From positions 48,670,001 to 48,734,000 of the forward strand of contig CM114271.1 of assembly GCA_050084515.1 (NCBI GenBank): a stretch of DNA of 64,000 bases. The letters run 5' to 3'. Made by a program: the position numbers and the translations under genes. Source of the stretch: Blasia pusilla. Taxonomy: Eukaryota. Below the pieces are notes generated by a model. The model was not told the DNA's origin. It was given only the letters and a program-made list of their open reading frames with translations, and did not search any database. Shown one piece after another: positions 12,570 through 26,500 of this stretch (position 1 is its first letter; each line of letters opens with the position of its first letter).

Positions 12570-15500
12570 TGTCACGACTGTTAGGATAGATCGGTGGGAT
12601 CTAGCAGAGCGTCTGCACGAGTAATGGAGGATAGGCCCACGAGGTTCAGAATGACCAGTTGAGGCCCCGGGAAACCTGAGAGAGCAGGTTTCCCCTTCGT
12701 TTTGGCTCATTTGGAGCCATATTGAGAAACTTACTATTTTAGGTAAGTACCATTTTGAGTATATGACCGACTTTATATTTTTGATAAATGGCCCTTGACC
12801 TCCTACATCAGGTCAAGAGCCAAGAAGGTGACTTGGGAGAATATGTTACCATGGAGAGAATTTGGGAGAGGGGACGGGGTATACCTCAAGGAGAGAGAGC
12901 TTGAGAGCTCATTCTCTCTTTGTTGAACCTCTTGGCATGAGGCGAAAGAGCTATGGTCCCTTGCCTTGTGAGTGTAACCCAAGCCTCTCGTTAGGAGAGT
13001 GGGTTTGGTTTGACATGAGGGAGAATGCACACCTTGACAGTTATGGTGTGAGATGGTGTAGAGAGAGATTGGATCTTACTTTACAAAGAGAGAATGAGAG
13101 AGTGAGAGAGCTTCATGGGGGGAGCTCGCTGGTCACTCGTTGTTTATGCCAGTTGGGGACGGTGTTTCCCATTCAGCGGCTCATGGGAGTGTTCACCGGA
13201 GCAAGGGTTTCTTTGATTGTTCTTTGCATTTGCCGATTTTTCGTGTAGAAGAGTGGCGCGCGGAAGCGCTGCCCAATTTCTGATAGAGATTGATTATGGG
13301 GGCGCATTGCCCCATGCCGATGCTCTTGAGAGCACCATGTAACTTTTTGATTTGTATTTCTACAGGTTTTACATTTTTGTTGGGAGAAATCAGTGCGGAG
13401 TGCTGCCAAATTTTGTATAGGAGAAAGAGACATGGGGCTTTACAACAGTCCCCGTCACTTTTTACTGAAATATCCAATTGCAAATATTTTTTGATTTTGT
13501 CGTAGATCATGAAGCTGTGCATGTTGTGCAACAAATAGTGTGCAATTTTAAGATACGAGAAAAAAGTTATGGTCAATCTTGCAAAAATACCATTGTTAGG
13601 CGATTTTTAGGGTTAAATTGTTCAAACCCTAAATCAGCCGCCACGCCGGCGGCGGCCGTCGCCATCATAGTCACCATCAACGGTCAATCATCATTGTCAC
13701 CGTCATCGGTCAACTGCCATCGTCACCGGTCAACCGCCATCGTCACCGGTCAACCATCACCATCACCAGTCGGCCGTCACCATCAACGGGCAACCATCAC
13801 CATCAACGGTCCACCGTCCGTTGTCCACCCTTTGGTTGCCATTGCCGCCGTTACGGAGTGGAGGGTCTTCCACAACGTTTGTTGATTCTCTGACTTGCCT
13901 CGCCACCACGTACTTTGTTTTAGCCGTCACTATCATCGAAATTTCGTCATCAAGCAATGATGGCAGATGACCTCCGATTATGGTGTTTGAGTTTTGATTT
14001 CATGCTGCTACTTTTTGATTGGTAGCCGCTAAACAACGATCGAGTAACGTGCCATGACGCTCGTAGCCGCAACGCGCTGCTGATTGCCGCGCCGTGCCGC
14101 TTGTGGCCGCACCGCATCGTCTCGATCGCGGAGCCGCACCGTCATTGTGGAGCAGAGTGTGGGTTTATTGTTGATTGAGGAGGGTATGCCACTAAGTGCC
14201 GCATCCCACCATCAAGGGTCGTGCCGTTCGTAGCCATTTTGTGCCGCCTGCAACGCCGCATTGTTCACTAGAACCGCACTGTCTATCGAGGAGTTTTGAG
14301 CAGCGTCAGTACAGGAGGAGTATGACTTGCTGATTGGAGGAGTTGTCTCCACAACCGAGTTGGGGTTGAGATTTGCAATTGCTGAGGAGCGACATTGACA
14401 TGTGTTCACGTTACCCATTCTGGTCCTTTACACTACACGTGTGAGGGATTATGGGATTTGGGTAGTTTATTTGGGGATATTGGGTGTGTGGATGATGAGA
14501 GCATCATTTATGTATGTGTTTTAGGAGACATAGACCTGTGTGGGATGTCCGGAGCTGAGGGTAGGTTGTCAATGAGATGATAACCTGGTCGATTTTCCGC
14601 ACCACGCCGCTTGTTGCCGCACGTTACACGTCTCGGGGAGGGAGAGTGTAGATCGAGTGCCGCATTTTTGGGATGAGTGATTGAGGGATTACTGGGGAGG
14701 TGAGAGTGATTGGGTGAGAGGTGCACGAGGATCATCACGGCGTTTGTTTGGGACTTTGAGAGGCGAGGTGGTGAACCCGAGAGTAGCTCTAGAGGTTTTA
14801 CGCGGAGTGGCGCGAGATTCCAAGGGTCTCCACGTGAGGGACCACCTTGATCTCCTTCTGTGTCATCGTCAGAAGAGGGGGAAGGTGTAGAGGAGTTTGT
14901 GAGCACATCGCCATACATTGTGAGTGGTCCTACTAGTTGGGCATACGAGATGGACAACTGGAGTAGAGGACCGCGTAGGTTTTCATGTGTAGTAGGTACG
15001 ATTTCATAGAAGAGTTTAGGAGTTGGTGCGATTCCCAACGGGCTAGGAACTCTACAGAGTTCAACCCGTTTACAGTATGGAACGGTATGTTCCAGCATTT
15101 AGAGTGGGCGCCCATGGACGATTACCATGAGTTCTCTTAGAGATATGCACGTGAGATCGAGGCGTGGAGGCTCTACTATGACCCACATTATGTGTCATGG
15201 ATGGAGCCGTTCCCAGATGAGGAGGAGGAGTTAGGAGAGGCTACTTCCTCTTCCACTAGTGATGTTTAGAAGGGGTCACTCGCACGGGAGCAGTTGCACC
15301 GTCTAGTCGGGTTTGTCCCAGGTTCAACCCTATGGTTGAGTTCTTTGCTGAGTTGAGGGCGAGCTACCAAGGGGTATGGACGGAGAATTTGCGGAGCATC
15401 CACGACTTCCAGAGGCGCCCAGGTGAGAGTTTGCATGAGGCTTACACTTGCTTGCGCCAGTTGATCAACGTCACTCAGGGGATGACAGAGGCTTAGGCTA

Positions 15501-18500
15501 TCCAGTCATGGTACGCGATGCTGGACCGGACCCTGCAGACACGGGTGTGGAAGGGGGTGCTTCATATGAACACCTCCCCAACATTGAGAGATGTTTTTAG
15601 GAGTGTCGAGAACATTGAGCGCAACATGGCGGAGGAGAGCGTAGCCACCATGGGTTCTGGGCGAGAGCAGTCGCGATTGTATGCACCACCTATGTAGCAA
15701 TGTGGACTCCGAGATAGGTCGACTGTGGCACCACAAGCTCAGGGAGGATACCACATATGCGAGAGTGGAGCGCCCCTCCAATTTGTTAGTGGATTCCATT
15801 CTGGATCCAGGTCGTCAATCACAAGCAGTAAGGCACGATGATCGACCACCATTGACTGTGGTCAACATGGTAGGCAGGCCACGGGCAGCCTTGCCCATGT
15901 TTGTGAGTTTTCCCACTTCCTATGCATACAAGGAGGTTGGTCTTGGCTTGGTTTGGGATGACCAGGTTCAGCGGTTTGTGGAGCCCAACGCCGATGAGAA
16001 GAGCGAGCAATGGGATTTCCCAAAGGAGTGACGGCAGTATCGTTAGTGTCAGAGGCATCACGACGCCATGTCTTGGGTCAGGCGATGGACATGAACTGCT
16101 TGACATGGATCCTCAGCTTGGGAGCGGCAGAGCAGCGCCGTATGAGATCACGATAGATCACAGCGGTTGCGTTGGTGAGCCCCATGCCTACCGAGATGGT
16201 GGAGGCAGTGGCTAGGGGCGAGACCCGAGGAGATCTACACACCAGGGGAGATCGAGAGAGACACCCTTGGACTTCTTGGGATGTTTTGCAGGTACGCAAG
16301 GAGATGATAGCCACAGCATCGAGCGTCGTTCCGGGCATTGCACGTGGAGGAGATCAGAGGTTGCAGTTGGCTGCAGGAGATCACCCGAGTTTTGTTGTTC
16401 GAGAAGGGGTTGCACCATAGCAACCATCGATACTAGCGCCGGAGAGTCCTACGGTAGTCACGATGGAGACTTGGGAGCCAAATATGGGCCCTAAGTTGAC
16501 AAGAGGAGAGCAGCGTTGGATACATCAGTTCCTCATGAGTTGTAGGAGCTCCTTTGTGTTTAGCATGGAGGATTTGGGTACGCTAAAGGGACCGGGGATC
16601 CGCTTTGAGTTGTCGAGTGATACGCCAATCTTCCGAAGATCCTATAGGTGGAGTGATATGGAAAGGGCTCTGATTCAGAGTAGGAGCCAGAAATTGGTCG
16701 GAGCATGACTAATGGAGATGTTGCATGGGGGAGTATGCATGTGCCACTATCATGCCCGCCAAGATGGATCTGCATGGCAACTGGACGGGTTGGCAGATGT
16801 GTGGGGATTACCGACCTATCAATCGGCAGACGAAGTCCGATAGGTATGCCATGCCCACCACTGAGGAGATCTTTGATGCGATTCTTCACCCAAAGGTCTT
16901 CAGTTCATTGGATTTGTGAGCCGGATACCATCAGCTGCCTATCAGATTGGAGGACAGGCAGAAGACGACATTTTGGGGCATCGATCCTCACGAGAAGGAT
17001 TATTTGTACTAGTGGCGGTTCTTACCATTTGGGTTAAAGAATGCCTCGGCGGAGTTTCAGAGGGTCATGGATAGGATCTTGGCTGGTCTTGATTTTGCTA
17101 GGTGTTAAATTGATGACATCGCAGTCTTTAGCGCCACGGTTGAGGAGCATGAGCGACATCTAGAGGATGTGTTTTGACGATTGCAATTACATGGGCTGAA
17201 GCTACATCTTGGCAAGTGCAAGTTCTTCTACGACCATATTGAATACTTGGGTCATACGATATACTCAGGGGACCTTGGTGTTCAGCAGACGAAGGTAAAG
17301 GCTATCTCACGCATTTCACGCCCTACACATATGAGCCGTGTTCGCACATTCATGGGATTGGCAAACTTCTATCAGCAGTACGTCAAGGGATTCAGTTTGA
17401 TTGCAAAGCCGCTAACCTTGTTGGCCAAGGTGGATCACGAGTGGCACTGGGGGGATGAGCTAGAGTGAGCATTTTAGTTGCTCAAGGACAAGTTGACGAT
17501 TGCGCCCATCTTGAGGAGACCGATCAAGGGGCGTCCTTTCCAGTTGAACACAGATTGGAGCATCTTGGGGCTTGGAGCAATGCTCACCCAGCATGATGAT
17601 GAGGGTTGAGAGTTCGTGGTGGCTTATGCTAGCCGCTCGGATAACGCTGCAAAGGCGAAGTACAGCTTGTATGAGGGTGAGTGTTTGGTTGCGGTGTGGG
17701 TTGTCGCGCTTTTCAAGTGTTACTTATTCTACAACCCCTTTACTATCATCACTGATCATCAACCACTTAAGTGGTTGATGGAGTCCGACAAACTTACTAA
17801 GAAGCTTAAGAGATGGGCTCTGTTGTTGCAGGAGTATGATTTTCAGGTGGTACATAGACCTGGGATGCTCAACCAAGATGCAAATGGGTTGAGTGGTAAC
17901 CCATGCCCAAGTCAGCGAGATGCGATTGGAGCTCGATGGCATGGAGAGAGTGATGAGGAGTTAGTATCAGGATGAAAAGCGTCAGCCTATTTAGGCATGT
18001 TGGCTATGGAGAGCCAAAGTGTGGAGACTTTGATGGCGAGGTCTAGTGGAGAGTCCTTGGATCCCAAGGCCAGTGAGGAGACGACAGGTGGCTAAGATAT
18101 TCATGATGATGGAGTACTCTTGGAGTACTTTCGTACTCGCAGCGTTGCGAGCACCGTGGGTGCTAGAGAGCGGGATCGGATCCTACAGCGGGCCAGACGA
18201 TTCCGTTGGGAGGGGGGCACATGTTTTGAGGGTTTGAGAGGATGGCAGAGTACGCGTAGTGTTGCATCCTTTGCAGAGAGCATGACTAGTGTAGCATGCC
18301 CACGAGGAGTTGGGTCACTTTGGGATGAAGCGAACGTATAACTTGCTCCAGATTTAGTATTGGTGGCGAGGCATGCAGACTGACGTTCACCAATTTTTTG
18401 TCAGGTGCATGGTGTGCGATCGGGTCCGAGCATCATTCAATGCTCCGACTCCAGAGTTGCATCCATTACCAATCATGGGCTTAGGAGATAGATGGAGTTT

Positions 18501-19785
18501 GGATTTTGCAGGACCTTTGCCTTTGACGGAGCGTTACAGTCTTTATGTGTTGGTGATGGTCGAGCACTTCTCGAAGTGGATCGAGTTGGTTGCATTTCCT
18601 GACAAAGCAAGTGAGGGAGTAGCTTATGCCTTCCTTGATAGAGTGTTGAGTCATTATGGCGCACCGGCTAAGGTGTTGACAGACCAGGGTATCGAGTTTC
18701 GTGGTGAGTTCCAGGCCTTGTGTGATCATGCGCTAATCGATCACCGCACAACTTGGCGGAGAGAGTTGTGCATATGGTGAAGAGGGGTTTACACAAGTAT
18801 GGCTTGTAGAGAGTTCACCTAGGAGATTGGAACCTCAAGTTGCCGTGGTTGGCGATGGGATACAGATTCAGCCGGCAGGCATCCTTAGCGTCTTTTTCAC
18901 CGTACTTGCTACTTTATGGCCAAGAGCTAGATTTACCTGCGGCCATTCATCGAGATGCTGGTGAGGTGCTGGACCTTGATGACCCAGATGTATGGGTGCC
19001 AGCATGTTCTCAGAGGGCTGAGTTGTTTCGGAGAGTGATGCCCATGGCGTTCGAGAACTTGGCAATTGCGCATCATCGTGATATGGTGAGGTTTGCGACT
19101 ATTCGGGGTGGTGGTTATCGACTAACTATCCGGAGGTTTCATTAGGGAGATTATGTCTTCTTGCAGCACACGGCACCGACGACGTTGGATGTGACTACAG
19201 GGCACACTATCCTGAGAGTGCGTGATGTTTTGCCCTCCTGGTGTGGAAGGACCATGTGCGTAATTGTACCCCATGTCACCTTCCTAACATTGATGGTATA
19301 TTAGATCCGAGCTCAACAGTAGTTCCTGCAAGCTTGCGTTGTATGTTGTGTGGTTCTGCCCGTGGTGCGGCCACGATGCTAATCTATGATGAATGTTCGA
19401 GAGGTTGTTATATGGCATGTCTGACGCCACCTCTCACTAGGGTTCCTCGGGGAAAATGGATGTGTCCGAGATGTAGATAGAGAAGATACTAGGTAGGTTT
19501 TGATTCCACCTTTTTCTGTGACAGAAGGCGACTAACAATGGGGCCATATGAGCACCCGGCCTTTCTTGCTCTTAGTGTCTGAGAGATGTATGTCATAGTA
19601 GGTAGGGATAGATGGCTATCTGGAGCTAGAGGGACCTAACCACTAGCTAGGGGGGCGATTGGAGTTATTTTAGTACATCTTGTCTCGTTGTTTGGATGCC
19701 ATGAGTTAGCATGGGATGGTGCGTGTTTATGTGTGTGTTTGGTGACAGCAATTTTTGTTGTGTAGCGATGTGTATGCGCACGATA
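12570..19785 (+). mobile_element. MTase-Gypsy family copy with both termini (B - internal - PPT - A), internally deleted between gag and mid-MTase
   Basis: Starts TGTCACG and ends GCGCACGATA; gag about 14900-15680; MTase C-terminal part 15755-16150; RT 16460-17470; RNase H TDHQPLKWL; integrase WSLDFAGPLP, LTDQG; PHD finger 19330-19480; purine tract AGGGGGGCGA at about 19649. Confidence 0.85.
19241..19480 (+). pseudogene. Integrase C-terminal PHD finger (decayed)
   Basis: CMLC..LIYDECSRGCYMACLTPPLTRVPRGKWMCPRC, a C4HC3 pattern with two ligands mutated. Confidence 0.8.
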
Positions 19786-20214
19786 ACCCTCTTGGTTGTT
19801 GCATGATTTCAAGGTTTGTGGACAACCTTTAGTATGTGTCTCGTAGCGTTAATTTTCCACCTCCATCATATATCACGAATATGGGCTTTTATTGTATGTG
19901 AAGGAGGCTGATAGCCATTGGTATTCCTTCCCTATCTCTATGGACAAGTCTTGGTTGTCGATATGCACTTGTTCTCAAGAATTACTTCTTGCTATATTTA
20001 TTGGGTCACTGCTATACATTAATCCCTAGATTTGCTGAAGTCTAATTGTCGAGTTCACTAGTTCTGAATTTGAGCTATCTTACTCCCACCCAATGTTGTG
20101 GGGTACATTGGGATTAAATAAGGTCAAAAAAGGAAAAGTGAAAAAATAATGTTGTAGCTTCTATCTCCCATACTTTGAGGAGAGGAAAGTTTGGAGTTGG
20201 CTATAGGGAAGCGA

Positions 20215-21605
20215 TCGAGTCTTTTTGTTTGAGATAGGATTGCACCATAGCAACCGCAGATATCCTCGCCAAAGAGTCTTACAATAGTCACGATGGAGAC
20301 TTGGGAGCTAGATATGACTCATATGAGCCCTTAGTTGACAGGAGGAGATTAGCGTCGGACACATTAGTGCCTTGGAAGTCGTAGGAGTTCCTTTGCATTT
20401 AGTATCTATGATTTAGGTAGGTTGAAGGATATCCGCATTGAGTTGTCTAGCAATATGATGATCTTCTGATGACCCTACAGGTATAGTGATATGGAGAGAC
20501 CTCTAATTTAGAGTAGGAGCCAAGACTTGGCTGAAGCAAGACTAGTGGAGATGTTGCATGGACAATATGCACGTGTTAATTTCATGCCCGCCAAAAAGGA
20601 TGTGTATGGCAACTGGACGGATAAGCATATGTGTGGAGACTACCAACCTATCAATCATCAAACCAAGTTCGATAGGTATGCTATGCCCCCTCCAAAGGAG
20701 ATCTTTGATGTTATTAGACATACCAAGTCTTTAGTTTGTTGGATCTCCAAGGCAAATACTATAAGTTGCCTACTAGATTTGGAGGACAAGTAGAAGATGA
20801 CATTTTAGGGCATCGATCCTCATAGAAAGGATTGTTTGTACCATTGGAGGTTTTTACAATTTGGATTAAAGAATGCATGGGAAAAGTTTTAGAGGGCCAT
20901 GGATAGGATCTTGGCACGTCTGGATTTTAAGAGGTGTTACATTGATAACTTTGATAATTACAGTTACATGGGTTGAAGCTACATCTAGGTAAGTGCAAGT
21001 TCTTCTACAACCAGATTGAGTACTTGGGTTATACGATATACCTAGTTGACCTTGGTGTTCAGTAGACAAAAGTAGAGGCTATCTCACGCGTTCCATGCCC
21101 TATAGATGTGAGTCGAGTCCATGCATTCATGAGATTGGTGAACTTCTATTGATGGTACATCAAGGGTTTTAGTTTTGTAGGTGCGCAACACTATCCCAAG
21201 GAGGATATATGTATACTAGATCTCTTTGGAGGGATTAGTATAGCGTTGGCTGCACTGTTGCAGGTCGGAGTAAGAGTACAATAGTACTTGCATGTGGAGA
21301 GGGCTGAGACTACACGTAGAGTCTTATTACATCACGTGTCAAGACTAGTCGAGTTGTATCCTCAGTTATTGCCATTGTTTGCAGTCACGGGATATCAACA
21401 TGTACTTCCGATCGATATTTTATTGTTGGGGGCATCAGATCTTGATAGGATTGGTTAGATACACTTGGTGGTGGCAGGGTGGCCATGTTTTGGGAGATAT
21501 TGCGAGTTCTTCAACATTGGCAGACTACCCAACGATGTTCTCCAGCCTACATTTTGGAGAATATCCCATTGTTAGGTGACACTCAAGCCTGAGTGATGGC
21601 GAGTG
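20215..21605 (+). mobile_element. Highly decayed MTase-Gypsy fragments (RT, then MTase motifs I-VI)
   Basis: MCGDYQPIN (20527-20793); LDLFGGIS near 21217; VVAGWPC near 21467; YILENIP near 21548. Confidence 0.75.
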
Positions 21606-23500
21606 TACATAAAAATCTTGTTGTATCCTTTGTCTCCATTACCAACATGTATCTCTAGTCCAAACGAGCATGTATGGTTTTCTTCCTCCCCACAGAATCC
21701 AATTAGAACGTCTTGCTTAGATATCGATTCCCACCTGAAAAACCAATTATCATATGTACGCTCATTAGGCATGTAGGAATAAACCACATATATTTCCATT
21801 CCATGAATGTGGAAAGAAATGATTATGAATGCAATATTCCAAATAGCAATGATCCCCAACTTGGCTCTAGGTTTAATTCGCGTTTCGTCTTCTGCCAAAA
21901 CCACATGCACATCCCCTTGAATCCCAATTTTAGCCTTGGCAGCAGTATATATTCTTGCTATCTCTGAGAATATTTTAAGCCTTACACCCGCTCGGAAAGG
22001 AACCAACTTTGCTCTTTCCCGAGTCAATGTCCTCAATCTTGGACCACATAGGTTCATAGCCATCAAACGGAATACTGGTCTACCTCCATACGGCAACAAT
22101 GTTGGACTTATGGCTTTTGTTCCCCTCTTAAATCAAAATCCCCTCTCTTTACAATTTAGGTTCTTCCCCAAATCAGTCATGAAATCCCACAATGTTGATT
22201 TACCTTAGAAGGCATTTCTCTTCCAGGCTGTAATAATTTTTTGACGGAAAGCAAGGATGTCTCTCCTGTTTGTCAGCTCATACAACATGACATTCAAGAT
22301 TGTATTTCTCGTATTTAAGGCACACAATTTCCAATGAAGACCAAATACATCCTAGCTTTCCTGCCTACGAGCTTTAAGTGTTGCTCTAGTAACATCTCTT
22401 AGCTTTGGGGAAGTCGAATACTCCAATTGTATCTTGGATAGAGTATCCCTACTTCCACATTTGTGTATTGATTTCACACTTCTGCCCACTCTCATTTTAA
22501 AATCATTCATTTTAGGGATGCTAAAACATTGCTCACAACACACATCCTTAAAACCCCCTCATAGGGTGGTGTTATATGCACACTTTCTATGTCTGAAGAT
22601 CCCATCAATTTGAACCTTCTCTTGACTAGTATGGTTATAAACAAGCCAATGTACATGCGGCTCGTAAATCCACTTACTCCCATGTATTTGATCATTCACT
22701 AAAGGCTTCACATTAACATAGACTCCATTGTAACTTGTTGTTTTAAACCCAAATCCCCAACAAACCAAAGACAAGTGGGACTCTACCTCATCATTCTCAC
22801 CTTCTTCACTCTCCCCTCCAATGAATTTGTGGATGGTCCTCTGCCTTTTATTATCTGGTGCATTTGCCTTGGCGGGTCTCCCTGGCCTAGATATCCTCAA
22901 AGCAACAAGTGCCATATTCAGAGACCCTTGAATATTCTTCCCATCCTGATAGGAAGATAAATGCCCTTGTAAGTTACTTTCTAAGTTATTTTGACTTGAC
23001 ACCAACTGGAACTTGCAACCACAATAAACACATCTCACCCTAAACTTCTATGGTTCTAAACTTACATCCTTGGTATCCCCCTCTATTTCAAATGGATTCC
23101 TATCACTAGCGCAATGCTCATTAAGCTTATAGACAATCATACAGCCATAATCAATGGTTGCTCGAGAATTCATAACAAAGGTGTCTTCTCTCCTCCATGG
23201 TGTAATCCTCCAACATAATTTCCTCACTCTACACCAATTTTTATGGTGTTTCTTAGTTTTCACATATTTAGCTCTATGATTCAAGAAGGGTTTGATAATA
23301 CAACTCTTTGATATTGTTCCTTCTACAGTCCCTACCTTCCATTGGCAATCTATACACTCAAGCCAACCTTGAGGAAGATCCCCCTCATCCCATGTCAACA
23401 CTCTCCATCTATGATCTTCCCAACCAAATTTTTTAGCCCAAGTATCAAGCTTCACAATTTTTGATTTCTAGATCTCCAATATTTCACGAGACATGAGAGA
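21606..23500 (-). pseudogene. Decayed DNA-transposase-like gene, possibly P/THAP9-like
   Basis: Removing a GT-AG intron at 21735-21860 gives VVLAEDETRIKPRAKWESISKQDVLIGFCG, similar by eye to the first catalytic-Asp block of P-like transposases; Cys/His-rich fragments lie upstream; many stops. Confidence 0.4.
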
Positions 23501-26500
23501 AGACTTCAGAACTGCTCTCTCTTTAGGAATAGCGGGGATACAAAGAGGTATGGATATACACTCTGATATCATGTGAAGTGAAGATATGGGTTTTGTTGGG
23601 TTCTGATTCTGCTGGTTGAATTGATCCTAAATCATCAACCTCTACTAAGATATTGAGATCACTCTCAAGAGTGGACTTTCAACATGCCCTCCACAAACCC
23701 TTCTATATGGCGTTTCTCAATCATGATTATTCCACTACTAAGAAAATCACTCACCTACATGATGGATTCCATACTTTCATCCACAAGAATATCAAACTAA
23801 GGATCTCAAATCCCCCATCCTCTACCCTCAAAAAGATTTGTTTTATCTATCAATTGTCTGAATCAAGTGAGGGTGCCATCAGGGAGAAACTTAATGGGTT
23901 CCTTGAACATTGGCGCTATTGTCAAACCAGGTTTGACATATGTTTTGATTCTGTTTGTAATAGTGGATGAAGATACTTGCTGACTGTTGTGATGTCCCAT
24001 AATATCTCAACAATTGTCGTCCTACAAGTCAATTCATACATATGCACTCATTACAATCACATCCTCCACATGGCCCAAATTGAAAATACAAACAACATGG
24101 CATATGCTACCTACATAAGCCTACTACAAGGGCTTATGTCCATTAATAAGTTTGTTATGGTTCTGGCCTGATAGCCTACAAAACTCCTCAAACTTCAAAA
24201 CCTTGACCTTTTCTCTTGGCAATTGAAATGAACTATGTAACAAGTTTGGCCTACTCCTTATCTTCTTCTTTATACAATGGTCTAACATGTAACCTCAACC
24301 TAGGTATGTTGTCTTGTCCACACTCCATTATCTTCACACTCGCTCTAGCAACAAGAACATCTCAATTCATCGAACAAGTGTCATCTCCTCGATCTTGGGC
24401 ACACAATTTTCCCAAAATCCTTGGGAAGTCTAGCATGACAAAACTCAATGGAGAGTTGAGTCCTACCACCAGAAGCAACAATGACCTGTGAAATCTGACC
24501 AAAAAAATATTGCATTTCCGTCTGTATATGCCTCTTTGTCTGCCCTCTCTATCGTGGCATATATACATCATACAATTCAACACTAATCCTCCTACACTAA
24601 GCCACGTTGTCGTATAGTAAAATCAACCAATGTGTAAAATCCTCTCTCATTAAGTGTTAGAGAGAGTTTTATTAGTATTGAGTAAATTAGCCTAGAAAAA
24701 TGAAATTCCCATGTTTAAACCTCTTTAGAGTGACTCATTTGTGCGGGCCCAACTTTAGGAAAAGAGGTAATAAATAAAAGATGGGATTATAAAAATAAAG
24801 TAGTGGGGTTGGTGCTTTAATGAAAGAAAAATAAAAGTATTCTTGGTTGGTATCTAGGGTAGTTGGGATAGTTTGGAAGATATGAAATGAGTAAAGGAAG
24901 ATATTTTGGAAGAGATAAGAGGTAATCTACTTGTGTCAAAATGTGATTGGCTAAGCTTTGAGAGGAAGCCATGTGGCACAAGATAAGATTAGTCCCAATT
25001 TTTATTCTTGTGGATCCCTTGTGAATATATAAAGAGGAGGGACCTTCAAGGGTTCATCACCTTCTACTTCACATCTTGAATTTCTCGTGTCACTCTTGAG
25101 TGGATGGCTTTGGCATTGCTTGATCTTCCAATGAGAGTGGATTACCCCTTTTCGGAGAGTAACTTGACCATGGTCTAGTCTTCAAGAGGATTCTAGAGTG
25201 TGGTATGTGTGGAGATGAGAGACTCATCACCTTAGGGGAGTTTAGTCATACTAGAAATAGTGGATGGTTGGGCTTGTTATTTTCCCAATGAAAATGGATT
25301 ACCCCTCTTGGGAGATCAACTCCGCCAAATCCCATTCTATAGGATAGTAGAAGATGTTTATCAAATATGGATAAGGGTGAAGCAGTTACTGTGCTCGATT
25401 TTCCTTTCCTTAATCCATACCACGTCGAGAATCTCTTTATAGATAGGCACTGGTTCACTCACTATCTAGTTTATCACTTTGGAGAGGCGTTCATGAACCA
25501 AGTCATGCAATCTCCAACTCTAGTGATTCTTCCTATTGTCACGTGCAGAAGAAAATGGGATTGTACTTTGTATGTCCTTATATAGCAATCTATGGACGTC
25601 GATAGACATGCTCGAGTAGGTTTTAACACTAGTTGTGCTATTTTTTTGTGTACAAACGTAAAGTCGTTTATATGGACTTCATACTTATGAATTTTGGGAT
25701 TCCATGTTATGAAGAAGTGATAGCCTCGGCACTACCAATCGTGATTCGTGTCATGAGAGAATGGAGGGTTTACATAATAATTTTATACTGAAAAAGGAGA
25801 ACTCATAGAGTTTGACTTGCATCAACCACGTCTACTCCAGCTAGAAGGTCCGCCCTTACATGAAGAAAGACTCCCAACATGAGAACGTCAACAATGTCTC
25901 TTTGGTGCCTAGACCCAAAGACCAATCCTTCCAAGTAAAGTAAATGTGCCTATGTAGATGGTTGTAGCATCAGTTTGGGTTCACCCATCACCATGGAGCA
26001 TCTCTGAAAATGGAGTCCTCATAACAAAGCAAAGAGGATACGTCTAGAGGTAAGGATTTCAAGGAAGAGAGGGTAAAATTTTGAAACTCTCCACGCGGAA
26101 TGACTCGTGGTATGAACCGATCCCAAGAATCCACTTCCATATTTGATGGCCTAAGAGAAATATACTCACCCTGTAACAAATTGTCAATCTCCACAGAAGA
26201 AGATAACCCTCATGACTTAGGGTTGGCAGATGAAACTATGAATCTTGGAACGTGCAATCCATACAAATAAATGTTCCTTGGATCAAAAATTCTTAAACTC
26301 CAAAACTCACCCCTTCCGCAATCCAATGTGCATCTAAATCTGCTGAAATTATGAATCAATACAACAACCTGAGAGATGATCATTATTAGTAATATACATA
26401 CAGACCTATCGCTCTGAGAAGTTCTCTTTGAACAGTTATACTTTGTGAGTTCACATAGGTGGATGGGCCACAATCAAGGAAGAATACAGGTAGTAGATAT

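Noticed and set aside
13478-13957. ORFs over the CGTCACCGGTCAAC-rich tract
   Set aside because: Low-complexity repeats in the retrotransposon leader with no recognisable domain
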